Assembly (NCBI GenBank): GCA_037447435.1
Contig: JBBIGR010000013.1
Location: 47,162-102,868, forward strand
Reading direction: 5' to 3'
Origin: Fibrobacteria bacterium
GTDB taxonomy: Bacteria; Fibrobacterota; Chitinivibrionia; Chitinivibrionales; FEN-1185
DNA length: 55,707 nt
Made by a program: the position numbers and the translations under genes. The notes beneath the pieces were generated by a model, which saw only the letters and a program-made list of their open reading frames with translations, was not told the DNA's origin and did not search any database. Of the stretch, positions 1-9,827 are shown in pieces (the first letter of the stretch is position 1; every line of letters starts with the position of its first letter).

Positions 1-2
1 GT

Positions 3-581
3 GCGGCAAAGAACGTGGCATGCATTTCGGTCGAGATCTGCAGCGCGACCTTTGAAATGGGCAACGACCTAAGCCTGATTGTCTCGAATGCCGTTTTCGG
101 TGACGGCGCAGCTGCGGCAATCGTAACGGCCGAAGGCGCAGGATTCTGTTTTGTCGACAGCGCAAGTCTTTTTGACCCCAGTCAACGCGAACAGGTACGT
201 TTCGTCCATCGCCACGGCCGGCTGCATAATGTTTTATCGTCAAAATTGCCCGGTATCATTCGCAATACGGTTCCTCCGTTTGTCAAACAATTCCTTAGCC
301 GACACGATCTGGCGCCGGCGAATGTGGAGCATTGGGCCATACACCCGGGCGGTGCCAAAATGCTCGATGCCATCCAGGAAGAGTTGTCGTTATCCGGTGA
401 GCAAATGGCGGTGTCCCGCGGAATATTAAAAAAATTCGGAAACATGTCGTCTCCCACCACGCTGTTTGCGCTTGACGAAATCATGCAAGAAACGCCGCAA
501 GTCGGGCAGCGCTGCTGCTTAACGGCATACGGAGCGGGGTTTTCGGCCCATACAAATCTCATGCAATGGCGCGCGGAATAG
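3..581 (+). CDS. Type III polyketide synthase (chalcone/stilbene synthase-like), 5'-truncated by window edge
   Basis: Motifs VEICS, FGDGAAA, HPGG (catalytic His) and GNMSS (catalytic Asn); C-terminal AYGAG replaces the usual FGPG; frame is open from position 3. Confidence 0.9.
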   Translation, partial: AAKNVACISVEICSATFEMGNDLSLIVSNAVFGDGAAAAIVTAEGAGFCFVDSASLFDPSQREQVRFVHRHGRLHNVLSSKLPGIIRNTVPPFVKQFLSRHDLAPANVEHWAIHPGGAKMLDAIQEELSLSGEQMAVSRGILKKFGNMSSPTTLFALDEIMQETPQVGQRCCLTAYGAGFSAHTNLMQWRAE

Positions 582-606
582 TAATAAGCAACAGTCGGTT
601 CCATAA

Positions 607-1380
607 TTAAGCTTTTACTTGTTCCGTATTTATATTGGTGAAATCCCAGTCCATGAGAGGTCGGCACACGAGCAATTCGATCATTCCGCCGCAAAATAAT
701 TTGCTCCGTACGATATCGAGCCCGGCTTCAAACAATCGCGTGTGCAATTTTTCGCGCGGGGGAAAATGCCTCAGACTTTTTGCAATGTAGGAATATATTG
801 CCGGATTTCCGTGTAAAATAATACCCCACAGACTTCCCCAAAAGTTAAGGAGCAGATGCTGGATTGCGGCGACAAAGCGATTTTCGGAACGGCTGAAATC
901 CAAAAAAGCGGCGGTCCCGTTTTTTGTAAGGATACGGCGTACTTCCCGAAGCGCGGCGTCGATATCGGGCGCGTTTCGCAGTGCGTAACATCCGGTTACT
1001 ATTTCGCAAGAACCATCGCGTAGTCCCAATACGCCCATGTCCTGAACCGCGCCATTTCGCACGTTGCCGCGGGATTGTCCGAGAAACAGCATTTCCTTCG
1101 ACAAGTCTATTCCTAAAACGAAGCATTCCGAATACGCTTTGTTCAGCAATGCCGTAATGTCTCCCGTGCCGCAGGCGAGGTCGGTTATAAATCCGTTTTT
1201 AAGATAGGGCAAATGGGCGATCATAATTCGTTTCCAGTGCGAGTCCCTGCCGAAAGAAAGCGCAATTGTTGCTTTATGATATTGAGGGGCAACAATGGAA
1301 AACAGAGCCCTGTTGTACATCCGCTTTTCCCCGGCGTTTTCCAATATGTCATTCGAAACAGCGGCGAGTTTATGTCGCAT
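607..1380 (-). CDS. UbiE/MenG-family SAM-dependent methyltransferase
   Basis: LSFGRDSHWK, DLACGTGD SAM motif, YALRN, LDFS and YSYIAKSL are all UbiE-like; abuts the upstream MTase. Confidence 0.85.
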   Translation of the reverse strand: MRHKLAAVSNDILENAGEKRMYNRALFSIVAPQYHKATIALSFGRDSHWKRIMIAHLPYLKNGFITDLACGTGDITALLNKAYSECFVLGIDLSKEMLFLGQSRGNVRNGAVQDMGVLGLRDGSCEIVTGCYALRNAPDIDAALREVRRILTKNGTAAFLDFSRSENRFVAAIQHLLLNFWGSLWGIILHGNPAIYSYIAKSLRHFPPREKLHTRLFEAGLDIVRSKLFCGGMIELLVCRPLMDWDFTNINTEQVKA

Positions 1381-1381
1381 G

Positions 1382-2110
1382 TTACATACCTTTCCTGCAG
1401 AATAAATAAAGCCGTCCGGGAAAAAACTTGCCCGTTGTTACCCGCCACGAGGAGGGCAATGTTTGCCCGAATTCAAACAACTCACGTTGGGTAAACCCTT
1501 TTCGGATGGAAAGCAGTCCATCGCGCTGGCTGAAACCGCCATGAAGCATTGCCTTGGCAAAAAGGCTAAAACAAATGTACCACACTGGCGATCGTTCAAG
1601 ATCGGCAATGAGTATCCCGCGTCGTGCCGCATTGCAAAGCCAGTGTAACACAATGGGAATTTCAGATTCGTTGAAATGATGCAGGACATTTGAAAGAACT
1701 ATGTAATCCGCCGCAGAACCGTCTTGAGGGATATCGAAAATCGATGCGGTTTTAAATGACACATGAGAACAGCTTTTCCATCTTTGGCGGGCGAACCGGA
1801 TACTCCGATCATCGATGTCTATTCCCTGAACAGTGCATTTGATGTTCCGGGTTCGGCAAAGTTTGGCAATGCATATCGTTTGGTCGCCACCGCCGCAACC
1901 GGCATCGATCAGAGTAAATTCTTTTGGGCCTAAAGCCATGTCGGGTAACAACAGTTTCTTGGCCAATGTTTTGGTCCGCGAAAAAAGTTTGTTTATGAAT
2001 TTAAAATGGCCTAATGTCGTAAACAGGGCGGTTTCTTCACATTCGGGATCATCCATGAGCTCCGGCTCATTGCTGCGGCTGGCAAAAAGGGATTGTGTTT
2101 GGGTGGTCAT
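1382..2110 (-). CDS. SAM-dependent methyltransferase of the type typically linked to type III PKS
   Basis: RSNEPELMDDP N-terminus, DAGCGGGD, VLHHF, DLER and DGLLSIRKGFT; start placed at ATG 2110, downstream of the sigma54 promoter. Confidence 0.85.
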   Translation of the reverse strand: MTTQTQSLFASRSNEPELMDDPECEETALFTTLGHFKFINKLFSRTKTLAKKLLLPDMALGPKEFTLIDAGCGGGDQTICIAKLCRTRNIKCTVQGIDIDDRSIRFARQRWKSCSHVSFKTASIFDIPQDGSAADYIVLSNVLHHFNESEIPIVLHWLCNAARRGILIADLERSPVWYICFSLFAKAMLHGGFSQRDGLLSIRKGFTQRELFEFGQTLPSSWRVTTGKFFPGRLYLFCRKGM

Positions 2111-2153
2111 GGTATGCTTGGTGTTGCCTTTTTTAATGAAAGCTGCTACAAAA

Positions 2154-2169
2154 AGCAACAATGGTGCCA
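2154..2169 (-). promoter_or_regulatory. sigma54 -24/-12 promoter
   Basis: Minus strand TGGCACCATTGTTGCT matches TGGC-N7-TTGC exactly, upstream of the MTase pair. Confidence 0.8.
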
Positions 2170-2455
2170 GTAAATAGTAATAGGTTTTGCCTTTTATCCT
2201 CGAACGGATATTTCCTCCAGTTTATTAAAAAAGAGGCGTAACCGAAAGGTATAACCTCAAAGAATTCTTATAAACGATAAAACAATTCCCAATTTGGAAA
2301 AGTTTCCCTCAGTTTCCGCAGATAAAACGGAATGGAAAAAATCATGAGCATTAAATTCTTAAACCTTTTTAATGTGCCCCTATCCAAAGTAATCGGAACG
2401 GTGTCGGCTGCTAAACCAGGAAAAAATATAGGATCAAAATTATCTAATTAGTATC

Positions 2456-2483
2456 AAGCTGCCCAGGAAAAATAGGGCGGCTT
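2456..2483. terminator. GC-rich hairpin downstream of the beta-barrel gene (possible terminator)
   Basis: AAGCTGCCC-N10-GGGCGGCTT; weak U-tract. Confidence 0.35.
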
Positions 2484-2516
2484 TAAATGCCAAAAAATGA
2501 GTGCACCCAGATTTTA

Positions 2517-3140
2517 TTATATGCCAAACATAACGGAGAGGCTAACTGTAAAATACTGGACATTTGATTCGCCATGAAAAACCCAATGATAAAGAGGAAA
2601 TAATTCTACAGCCAACGATGATTGCTTGCCAACCGATAAGCCGCCACCTAAATTTACTCCGAAATTGCCGTTACTTGATGTGGTCGTAGATACGGAGAAA
2701 GAATTTCCGCTCGCTGTGCCGCTGACAGTGACATCTGAATTATACAGATACAAACCGGCTCCCGCTTGACCGAAGAAATTCAGTGAACTTTCGGGCATAC
2801 CCGTGGAAAGGCGAATTGACGGCACTAGTTCGATATTGGAAAATTTGCCTTTTGATGTGAGATTCTGAGCTCCTCCGGGAAGTCCCTCGATAATAATGCC
2901 GTCTTCGGGGCTCCAATGATCGTAGGCTATCCTCAATCCCACATGGAGCATTGGCACGGGCAAATAGAATATATGACCGCCAATCGAATATCCCGTGCTC
3001 CAACCGGAACTTGTCTCATCGGTGAATCGGGCAACGCCTCCGTCGACTCCGACTCGAATATGTTGGGCCCATGCAGAACATATGACTCCGGAAACCAAAA
3101 GCATTGCCGCAATAGTTTTAACAATCAGGTCCTTGCGCAT
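2517..3140 (-). CDS. Outer-membrane beta-barrel protein (OmpA/OMP_b-brl-like)
   Basis: AGGAG SD before ATG 3140; signal peptide ending AWA; alternating beta-strand pattern; C-terminal ...LSVMFGI. Confidence 0.75.
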   Translation of the reverse strand: MRKDLIVKTIAAMLLVSGVICSAWAQHIRVGVDGGVARFTDETSSGWSTGYSIGGHIFYLPVPMLHVGLRIAYDHWSPEDGIIIEGLPGGAQNLTSKGKFSNIELVPSIRLSTGMPESSLNFFGQAGAGLYLYNSDVTVSGTASGNSFSVSTTTSSNGNFGVNLGGGLSVGKQSSLAVELFPLYHWVFHGESNVQYFTVSLSVMFGI

Positions 3141-3241
3141 ACATACTCCTTTTTGAGAGGTGAATGAAAAAAATATCGATGACACAATTGTCAATCGAAG
3201 AACATCATTCCAAAGTTTAATGAGGATTAGTAAGAAGAAAA

Positions 3242-3257
3242 AGCAAATCGAATGCCA
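3242..3257 (-). promoter_or_regulatory. sigma54 -24/-12 promoter
   Basis: Minus strand TGGCATTCGATTTGCT. Confidence 0.75.
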
Positions 3258-3479
3258 AAGACAATGATCGCTATTTCCATATAGTAGTTGGTGATATGGT
3301 TTAAAAAAAACGAGCCCTGGCGTACTGCTAAAACCGGCAATGATTGAATTTGATTTTCCAAATTTAAAAAAAACAATTGCCAAAATAGGAATGGAAGTAA
3401 CATTGTAACCGTTACTTATCCTCTTTTATGTTGGTATCAACAAACTCCAATTAACTGCAAACTTTTATGATTGTTGTTC

Positions 3480-3495
3480 TGGCCTAGCTTTTGCT
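3480..3495 (+). promoter_or_regulatory. sigma54 -24/-12 promoter
   Basis: TGGCCTAGCTTTTGCT about 50 nt upstream of the GT9 ORF. Confidence 0.7.
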
Positions 3496-3546
3496 AAATC
3501 TCTTGTATGACTCCTTTTATCTTCAGTCCGAACACCCGAAAGAAGG

Positions 3547-4881
3547 ATGGACAGAATGAATAAAAATATTGGATTGCAATTGTTTTTTAGGCTAACCAGC
3601 TTGATTACCGATTGGTTTCCAAGTAACGGAGCACGGCTATTAAATCTATTTTGTTTTTGGCTTATGGGAAATCCGATTATTATGGATATTAACCGTAAAG
3701 CCACGATTATGAAACTACGATCGGTGAAAGACCCGCAAAAAATCCTTGTCGTTGCAGATCTGAATATCGGCGATGCCGTGAATTTGCAAGCAACGGTCGC
3801 GGCGTTGCGCGACTTTTTTCCTTATGCAAGTCTCGATTACGTAATTGCCGATTGTGCGAAGATCCTTATTGCTGGAAATCCGGAAATTACGCACGTATTT
3901 CCCGTGTTCACGGGAAGACCATTACCTAATGAGAATGACAGGAATGAATTAAAGCGAATTACAAAAGAAACCAAGTATGATGTGATTTTTAATTTCTGCC
4001 CGTTTTTTAACGAGCGGAAAGACTTTAATGGGCCTGGTGTTGTCATAGGATATACCGGTATGGCGCATAGAATGATGCATATCGAAACGCATTCATTCGG
4101 CACCAACCACATTGTGTCTCAAGCTTATCGGTATGTTCGCGATATTTGTTCCAAGGTATTTATTCCTATTCGTAATGAGAGCTTTACCGGCGTGGGGGTT
4201 ACTTTGCCCGACTCCGCGGTTTTGAAAGCAAGGGAGTTTTATTTCACGCTCGAGGGTTTTGATTTTGGATTTCCCCTTATTTACTTTAATCCGGATGCGT
4301 CTTCCGTTTTTACTTTGGTGCCGCTCGAAGTTCAAGCAGAAATCCTTCATGATCTTATCTATAAATTTGATTGTCGAATATTTTTGGGTCGAGGCTATAC
4401 ATTCCCCAAAAGAGAAATCGACCTTATAAAAACGTTACCGAAAAGCAGAGTAAATAGGATTGCCGTAGTTCCCGATTTCCTTGGACTTGAAGGAACCGCT
4501 GCCCTCATTGATTCCTGCGATGCATATGTAGGAGGAGATACCGGTCCGCTCCATATTGCATCTGCAAAAAAGACATCGAACTCTGGAAAAAGCCTGTTTG
4601 TAAATCGGACCGCGGTTTATTCAATTTTCGGAGCCACGCCGGCGCGCATGTATGGGTACGATTCTGAACGGGTGGGCTTCTTCCCCTCCAATCAAAAAGC
4701 CCAAAGCAGGGTTTTTATTTCAAAAAGTATTTGCAGAAACATGACCTGTATCAACAAAAGAGCTAAAACATGTAAGGAAATCCATTGCTTCGACGGTTTG
4801 GACACCCGCGAGATACTCGATGGAATCACGGAGAATCTTTATCATCGGCAGCAATGCTTTGTCCAGTTGGCTGTCGCGTAA
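3547..4881 (+). CDS. Glycosyltransferase family 9 (heptosyltransferase-like)
   Basis: NIGDAV, GGDTGPLHIASA and SIFGAT motifs; Cys-rich C-terminus; exact start uncertain. Confidence 0.85.
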   Translation: MDRMNKNIGLQLFFRLTSLITDWFPSNGARLLNLFCFWLMGNPIIMDINRKATIMKLRSVKDPQKILVVADLNIGDAVNLQATVAALRDFFPYASLDYVIADCAKILIAGNPEITHVFPVFTGRPLPNENDRNELKRITKETKYDVIFNFCPFFNERKDFNGPGVVIGYTGMAHRMMHIETHSFGTNHIVSQAYRYVRDICSKVFIPIRNESFTGVGVTLPDSAVLKAREFYFTLEGFDFGFPLIYFNPDASSVFTLVPLEVQAEILHDLIYKFDCRIFLGRGYTFPKREIDLIKTLPKSRVNRIAVVPDFLGLEGTAALIDSCDAYVGGDTGPLHIASAKKTSNSGKSLFVNRTAVYSIFGATPARMYGYDSERVGFFPSNQKAQSRVFISKSICRNMTCINKRAKTCKEIHCFDGLDTREILDGITENLYHRQQCFVQLAVA

Positions 4882-4906
4882 TTGCAAACGCGTTTGGAAA
4901 GGATGA

Positions 4907-5548
4907 ATGAAAGTCATTTTGGTCGCACTGATAGCATTAGTTCTTGGTTTTGTTGTTGCCATTCCTGTTGGAGCAACACAAATCGAAATCGCAAAGCGTT
5001 CCCTTGGTCACCAGTATAAAGCGGCAATGATGGTCGTAGCCGGCTCGGTTGCGTCCGACATTTTGTACGGCATTATCGCCCTGTACGGATTGGCCCCATT
5101 CATGCAAAAAAAAATGGTTCTCGCGGGGTTCGAAGGCCTCGGGGCATTGCTTTTACTCATATTGGCTTTCGTGACGATTCAAGATTCGAAACGACCGAAA
5201 TCAATGGATTTCAATAATGGTTTTCTTTCGGGAAAAAGAATGTCGTTTGTCACGGGGTTTTCCCTTGCGTTGACAAATCCTATGATGGTGTTCTGGTGGT
5301 TGTTGGGTATGCACTTTTTGCTCGATTTCAGGTTAATCGATCGCGAAACCGCCGGCGTTTCCGTGATATTTCTGCTTTTCGGCGGATTCGGCATTGCCGG
5401 TTACCTATCGCTTTTAGCGGGCATGCTTTACAGGGTCAATCGGTTTATAAAGGAAAGCGTAATGCAAAGGGTGTATGTTATTTTGGGAATAAGCCTTGTT
5501 TTGTTTTCCGGCTATTTCATATTCAGATTCATAAAAACCGTAAACTGA
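4907..5548 (+). CDS. LysE-family translocator
   Basis: AIPVGA...SD N-terminal pattern, GFSLALTNP motif, about 6 TM segments. Confidence 0.85.
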   Translation: MKVILVALIALVLGFVVAIPVGATQIEIAKRSLGHQYKAAMMVVAGSVASDILYGIIALYGLAPFMQKKMVLAGFEGLGALLLLILAFVTIQDSKRPKSMDFNNGFLSGKRMSFVTGFSLALTNPMMVFWWLLGMHFLLDFRLIDRETAGVSVIFLLFGGFGIAGYLSLLAGMLYRVNRFIKESVMQRVYVILGISLVLFSGYFIFRFIKTVN

Positions 5549-5566
5549 ACTGCCCATCATCATTCA

Positions 5567-6256
5567 CTAGTTTTTATATACGATGAAATCGTCGTAATCG
5601 GCCTCGGCCTTTGAATTGGTGTTGTCTCCATCCGATAATATCGCTATGCCGAGCGATTTTTGAGGAACAGTTCCGTAAAAATACTTGTAATCGTCAAGAA
5701 CGTTGACTCTTTCATTGAGCCATTCGCCCAGCCCGTTATTGCCGCTTCGTAAAACCACTATTTTCAAATTGACATAATAAGGACTTACGGTTTTTGTTCC
5801 CAAAGGAAGCGTCGAGCTCCATACGTACTTGATTATTTTTTTAAGCATGAGAGGGCCTGGGAAAAAAACATAGACGCTTGCCCCGCTGTCGTTCTTTTTC
5901 TTTATAGTTTCATTTCCGCCCAGCGGCAAACAATGGGCTCTCCAGCGCCAGGCTAAAAATGGCGTGGTCTGGAAATCGATTTCGAAACTTTTGCCTATTG
6001 CGGCAGTTCCGCCCAATGTTTGTATCTTGACAAAATAATTACCTTTTTCATTTTCCAGGAAAAATTTTGTAGCATCGTGTCTGTCGGCATGCCAGCCGCA
6101 CGGAAGTAATGTGCGGGCATCAAGGCAAGAGGTAAAGGTATCGATAATGATGTCAGTCGTGTCATGTACGATATTCGAGGGCGAAATGATTTCGTTTGCC
6201 GCTGCATACTGCACATTGAATACATAAACTGCAATAAGGAAAACAACATGTCTCAT
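5567..6256 (-). CDS. DUF3047-family exported protein
   Basis: Signal peptide; PFLAWRWR, KKNDSGASVYV, IKYVWSS and IAILSDGDNT motifs. Confidence 0.8.
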   Translation of the reverse strand: MRHVVFLIAVYVFNVQYAAANEIISPSNIVHDTTDIIIDTFTSCLDARTLLPCGWHADRHDATKFFLENEKGNYFVKIQTLGGTAAIGKSFEIDFQTTPFLAWRWRAHCLPLGGNETIKKKNDSGASVYVFFPGPLMLKKIIKYVWSSTLPLGTKTVSPYYVNLKIVVLRSGNNGLGEWLNERVNVLDDYKYFYGTVPQKSLGIAILSDGDNTNSKAEADYDDFIVYKN

Positions 6257-6329
6257 TAATAAAAATCCGCCTAATTTAATAAAACAGTGATTGTCCATTT
6301 CGATATTTGTTTATGGTTTATGCTAGTTA

Positions 6330-6345
6330 TGCAAACAATGGGCCA
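6330..6345 (-). promoter_or_regulatory. sigma54 -24/-12 promoter
   Basis: Minus strand TGGCCCATTGTTTGCA. Confidence 0.7.
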
Positions 6346-6507
6346 ATATATGGCTTAAACCATTAAAAACAGGATTGGCGTCTAAGAATCGGAGGCATGG
6401 TTGAAAAATTCAACCGTATTCTTGTTTTCAGGAACCCCTTTCTTCGAATATAGGAATAAAGGCGTTTTCCCAATAAAAAAGTTTTAAATAAGGGCTTAAG
6501 AAAGCTA

Positions 6508-6523
6508 TGGCATTTCAATTGCT
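6508..6523 (+). promoter_or_regulatory. sigma54 -24/-12 promoter
   Basis: TGGCATTTCAATTGCT about 50 nt upstream of the small membrane protein gene. Confidence 0.8.
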
Positions 6524-6573
6524 TCTTATATAGGTATCCCGTACGTCAGGTTTTTATAAAAGGAATAAATACT

Positions 6574-6777
6574 ATGTCCGTAATCTCTGTTCTTATCACG
6601 CTTATCGTTGTCGGCGTTTTGCTGTGGCTCATCAATACGTATATCCCGATGGATATAAAAATAAAGAAAATATTGAACGCCGTGGTCGTTATCCTGGTTG
6701 TTGTTTGGCTTTTGGGAATTTTCGGACTTTTCGGCACCACTCCTAACATGCATATCGGAAATTGGCATATGAGATAA
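6574..6777 (+). CDS. Thivi_2564-family small membrane protein
   Basis: LIVVGVLLWLINTYIPM..KIKKILNAVVVI signature; AAGGA SD. Confidence 0.85.
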   Translation: MSVISVLITLIVVGVLLWLINTYIPMDIKIKKILNAVVVILVVVWLLGIFGLFGTTPNMHIGNWHMR

Positions 6778-7011
6778 CGAGGTTCACCTTACTATCAAAA
6801 GAATTTTCACAATTTTAACTATCCTCCGTAAATATGATGTTGAATCCTCGCTATCATATCAATGAGATACGTTTCCCGTTTGAAGAGCATTCGAATAACT
6901 ATGTATTTCACCATACTGAAAGGAGAAAAATATGCAGCACACTTTGCGTAATATGACGGGGTTTTCGATACAGGCGATATTGTAAACAGGTAAAAAAAAA
7001 GGAGAGAACAA

Positions 7012-7362
7012 ATGAGTTTGATCCTTTACTTTTTACGGCATGGTGAAACAGAAGAAAGTCTGAGGGGCGGGTTCTGCGGAAGTCTGGACAGTCCGTTGAC
7101 ATCCGATGGCCGTTTGATGGCCGAGGATTTTGCCCTTACGTATGCTGCGCTGCCCTGGATTGCCGTTTATTCCAGCCCGCTTAAGCGGGCGCAAGATACT
7201 GCGAAGCCTTTATGCGCTGCGATTGGAATGCGGATGCAAATCAGGGACGGACTCCGGGAAATTGCGGTCTTATATGAGGATGTCTTTAAAGAAAAGTCAA
7301 TTTTAAATCCGGTGATTTGCTCGTTTAAACACAGAGGATGTCACGATGAACAATGTCAATGA
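7012..7362 (+). pseudogene. Truncated histidine phosphatase (phosphoglycerate mutase family)
   Basis: RHGET, SSPLKRA..TA and GLREI are present, but similarity ends near nt 7268; the C-terminal half with the second catalytic His is absent. Confidence 0.7.
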
Positions 7363-9712
7363 AGCCCTTTCGAAGGATTTATTGCTAAAGATGAATGCAT
7401 ACTGGCGTGCGGCCAATTACCTATCGGTCGGGCAATTGTATCTGTACGATAACCCCTTGTTGCGTCAACCTCTTACATTATCACAGGTAAAGCCAACACT
7501 TCTTGGGCATTGGGGCACCACGCCGGGGCAGAATTTCATTTACGTGCATTTGAACCGTGTTATAAAAAAATATGACCTGAATATGATTTACATTTGCGGT
7601 CCGGGACACGGCGGTCCGGCCCTGGTAAGCAATACGTATCTTGAAGGCACCTATAGTGAAGTATATCCGAATATCACGCAAAACGAGGCGGGACTAAAAA
7701 AGCTTTTTGCCCAATTTTCTTTTCCCGGCGGAATTCCCAGCCATACCTCCCCCGAGTGTCCGGGGTCGATTCACGAAGGGGGCGAACTTGGGTATTCGCT
7801 GAGCCATGCTTTCGGGGCCGTATTTGACAATCCGGAACTCATTGCCGCATGCGTGATCGGCGACGGCGAAGCGGAAACAGGTCCGCTCGCAACCTCGTGG
7901 CATTCCAACAAGTTTTTAAACCCCATTACGGACGGTGCGGTGCTACCCGTTTTGCATCTTAACGGATATAAAATAGCGAACCCGACGTTGCTGGCGCGCA
8001 TTTCGCATGAAGAATTGGAACAATTGCTGCGCGGGATGGGCTGGGTTCCTTATTTTGTGGAAGGCAGCGATCCGACCGATATGCATCAGCGTATGGCTGT
8101 AACATTAGATACGGTGATTTCGGAAATACGGGAAATCCAAACCGCTGCGAGAAAGAATAATGACCATTCCCGGCCTCATTGGCCCATGATCGTGCTTAAT
8201 TCGCCGAAGGGCTGGACCGGACCGAAGCACGTTGACGGCGTATTAATAGAAGGATCATTCCGTTCGCATCAAATCCCTCTTGCCGTTGATCCGGCACATG
8301 CCGATCATCTTGCTCTTTTAGAAAACTGGATGCGAAGCTATGTGCCTGAAGAATTATTCGATGAAAATGGAAGGCTTATTCCCGAATTAGCTGACTTGGC
8401 TCCAAAAGGTACTAGACGAATGGGAGCAAACCCTCACGCTAACGGCGGTCTTTTGCTGCGTGATTTGCTTATTCCGGCATATCGGGATTACGCCGTGAAT
8501 GTCCCGTCTCCAGGATCGACGCGTGCCGCTGATACGCATGTGGCCGGCGAATTCCTGAGAGACATCATAACCCTCAATAAATATGAAAGAAATTTCAGGA
8601 TTTTCGGACCCGACGAAATTCTTTCCAACAGATTGAATGCGATTTTTGAAGTTACCGACCGACAATGGAATGCGGACGCAAACGACCGCGACGAGTTTTT
8701 GGCCCCCCAAGGACGTGCAATGGAAATGTTGAGCGAGCATCAATGCGAAGGCTGGTTGGAAGGATACCTTCTCACCGGCCGTCACGGATTATTTACAAGC
8801 TACGAGGCTTTCATCCATATCATCGACTCGATGTTCAATCAACACGCAAAATGGTTAAAAGTCACCTCGGAAATCCCTTGGCGGAAGAAAATAGCATCGC
8901 TTAATTATCTGCTGGCTTCTCATGTCTGGCAGCAAGCCCATAATGGATTTACACATCAGGATCCGGGGTTCATTGATCATGTCGTCAATAAAAAGGCGTC
9001 AATCGTACGGGTATACCTGCCGCCCGACGCCAATTGTCTCCTTTCCGTCATGGACCATTGTTTGCGGAGTCGCCACTATGTAAACGTCGTGGTCGCAAGT
9101 AAATACGAATCACCGCAGTGGCTTTCGATGGATGAGGCCAAAAAACATTGCGAAAAAGGAATCGGCATTTGGGAATGGGCGGGAAGCGCGCACGACGTGG
9201 TTCCGGATGCGGTAATGGCGTGCTGCGGGGATGTACCGACGCTTGAAACTTTGGCCGCAGTGTCCATATTGCGCCGATACATCCCGGAATTGATCGTACG
9301 AGTGGTCAATGTCGTGGACCTAATGAAGCTGGAACCGAATAGCGAACATCCGCACGGTCTTTCGGATGCCGACTTCGATACGTTATTCACCAAAGACAAA
9401 CCCGTGGTTTTCGCGTTTCACGGATACCCGTGGCTTATCCATCGATTGACGTATCGACGCAACAACCATGGAAACATTCATGTGAGAGGCTACAAGGAAG
9501 AAGGCACCATTACCACGGCCTTCGATATGACCGTGCTCAACGATCTCGATAGGTTTCATCTTGTTCTGGACGTGTTGCACCGGCTACCATTGATTGGGGC
9601 AGCTGCAGAAACACTTAAAAAAACAATGGAAGATAAACTTCTCAAACATAAGCTCTATATTGATAAATACGGAATAGACATGCCTGAAATACTGGAATGG
9701 AAATGGGGTTAG
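7346..9712 (+). CDS. xfp: Xylulose-5-P/fructose-6-P phosphoketolase
   Basis: [32 protein letters not shown] and [13 protein letters not shown] motifs; 788 aa. Confidence 0.97.
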   Translation: MNNVNEALSKDLLLKMNAYWRAANYLSVGQLYLYDNPLLRQPLTLSQVKPTLLGHWGTTPGQNFIYVHLNRVIKKYDLNMIYICGPGHGGPALVSNTYLEGTYSEVYPNITQNEAGLKKLFAQFSFPGGIPSHTSPECPGSIHEGGELGYSLSHAFGAVFDNPELIAACVIGDGEAETGPLATSWHSNKFLNPITDGAVLPVLHLNGYKIANPTLLARISHEELEQLLRGMGWVPYFVEGSDPTDMHQRMAVTLDTVISEIREIQTAARKNNDHSRPHWPMIVLNSPKGWTGPKHVDGVLIEGSFRSHQIPLAVDPAHADHLALLENWMRSYVPEELFDENGRLIPELADLAPKGTRRMGANPHANGGLLLRDLLIPAYRDYAVNVPSPGSTRAADTHVAGEFLRDIITLNKYERNFRIFGPDEILSNRLNAIFEVTDRQWNADANDRDEFLAPQGRAMEMLSEHQCEGWLEGYLLTGRHGLFTSYEAFIHIIDSMFNQHAKWLKVTSEIPWRKKIASLNYLLASHVWQQAHNGFTHQDPGFIDHVVNKKASIVRVYLPPDANCLLSVMDHCLRSRHYVNVVVASKYESPQWLSMDEAKKHCEKGIGIWEWAGSAHDVVPDAVMACCGDVPTLETLAAVSILRRYIPELIVRVVNVVDLMKLEPNSEHPHGLSDADFDTLFTKDKPVVFAFHGYPWLIHRLTYRRNNHGNIHVRGYKEEGTITTAFDMTVLNDLDRFHLVLDVLHRLPLIGAAAETLKKTMEDKLLKHKLYIDKYGIDMPEILEWKWG

Positions 9713-9746
9713 TAACGGGGCTGGTGTTTTCGGAGACAAACAATAC

Positions 9747-9762
9747 TGGTACGGTAATTGCG
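9747..9762 (+). promoter_or_regulatory. sigma54 -24/-12 promoter
   Basis: TGGTACGGTAATTGCG upstream of tal. Confidence 0.75.
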
Positions 9763-9827
9763 ATATTATAATATCAGTTTACTGTAAAGTACAAACCACC
9801 ATAGAAGCCTTCACGGAGATTTCGATT

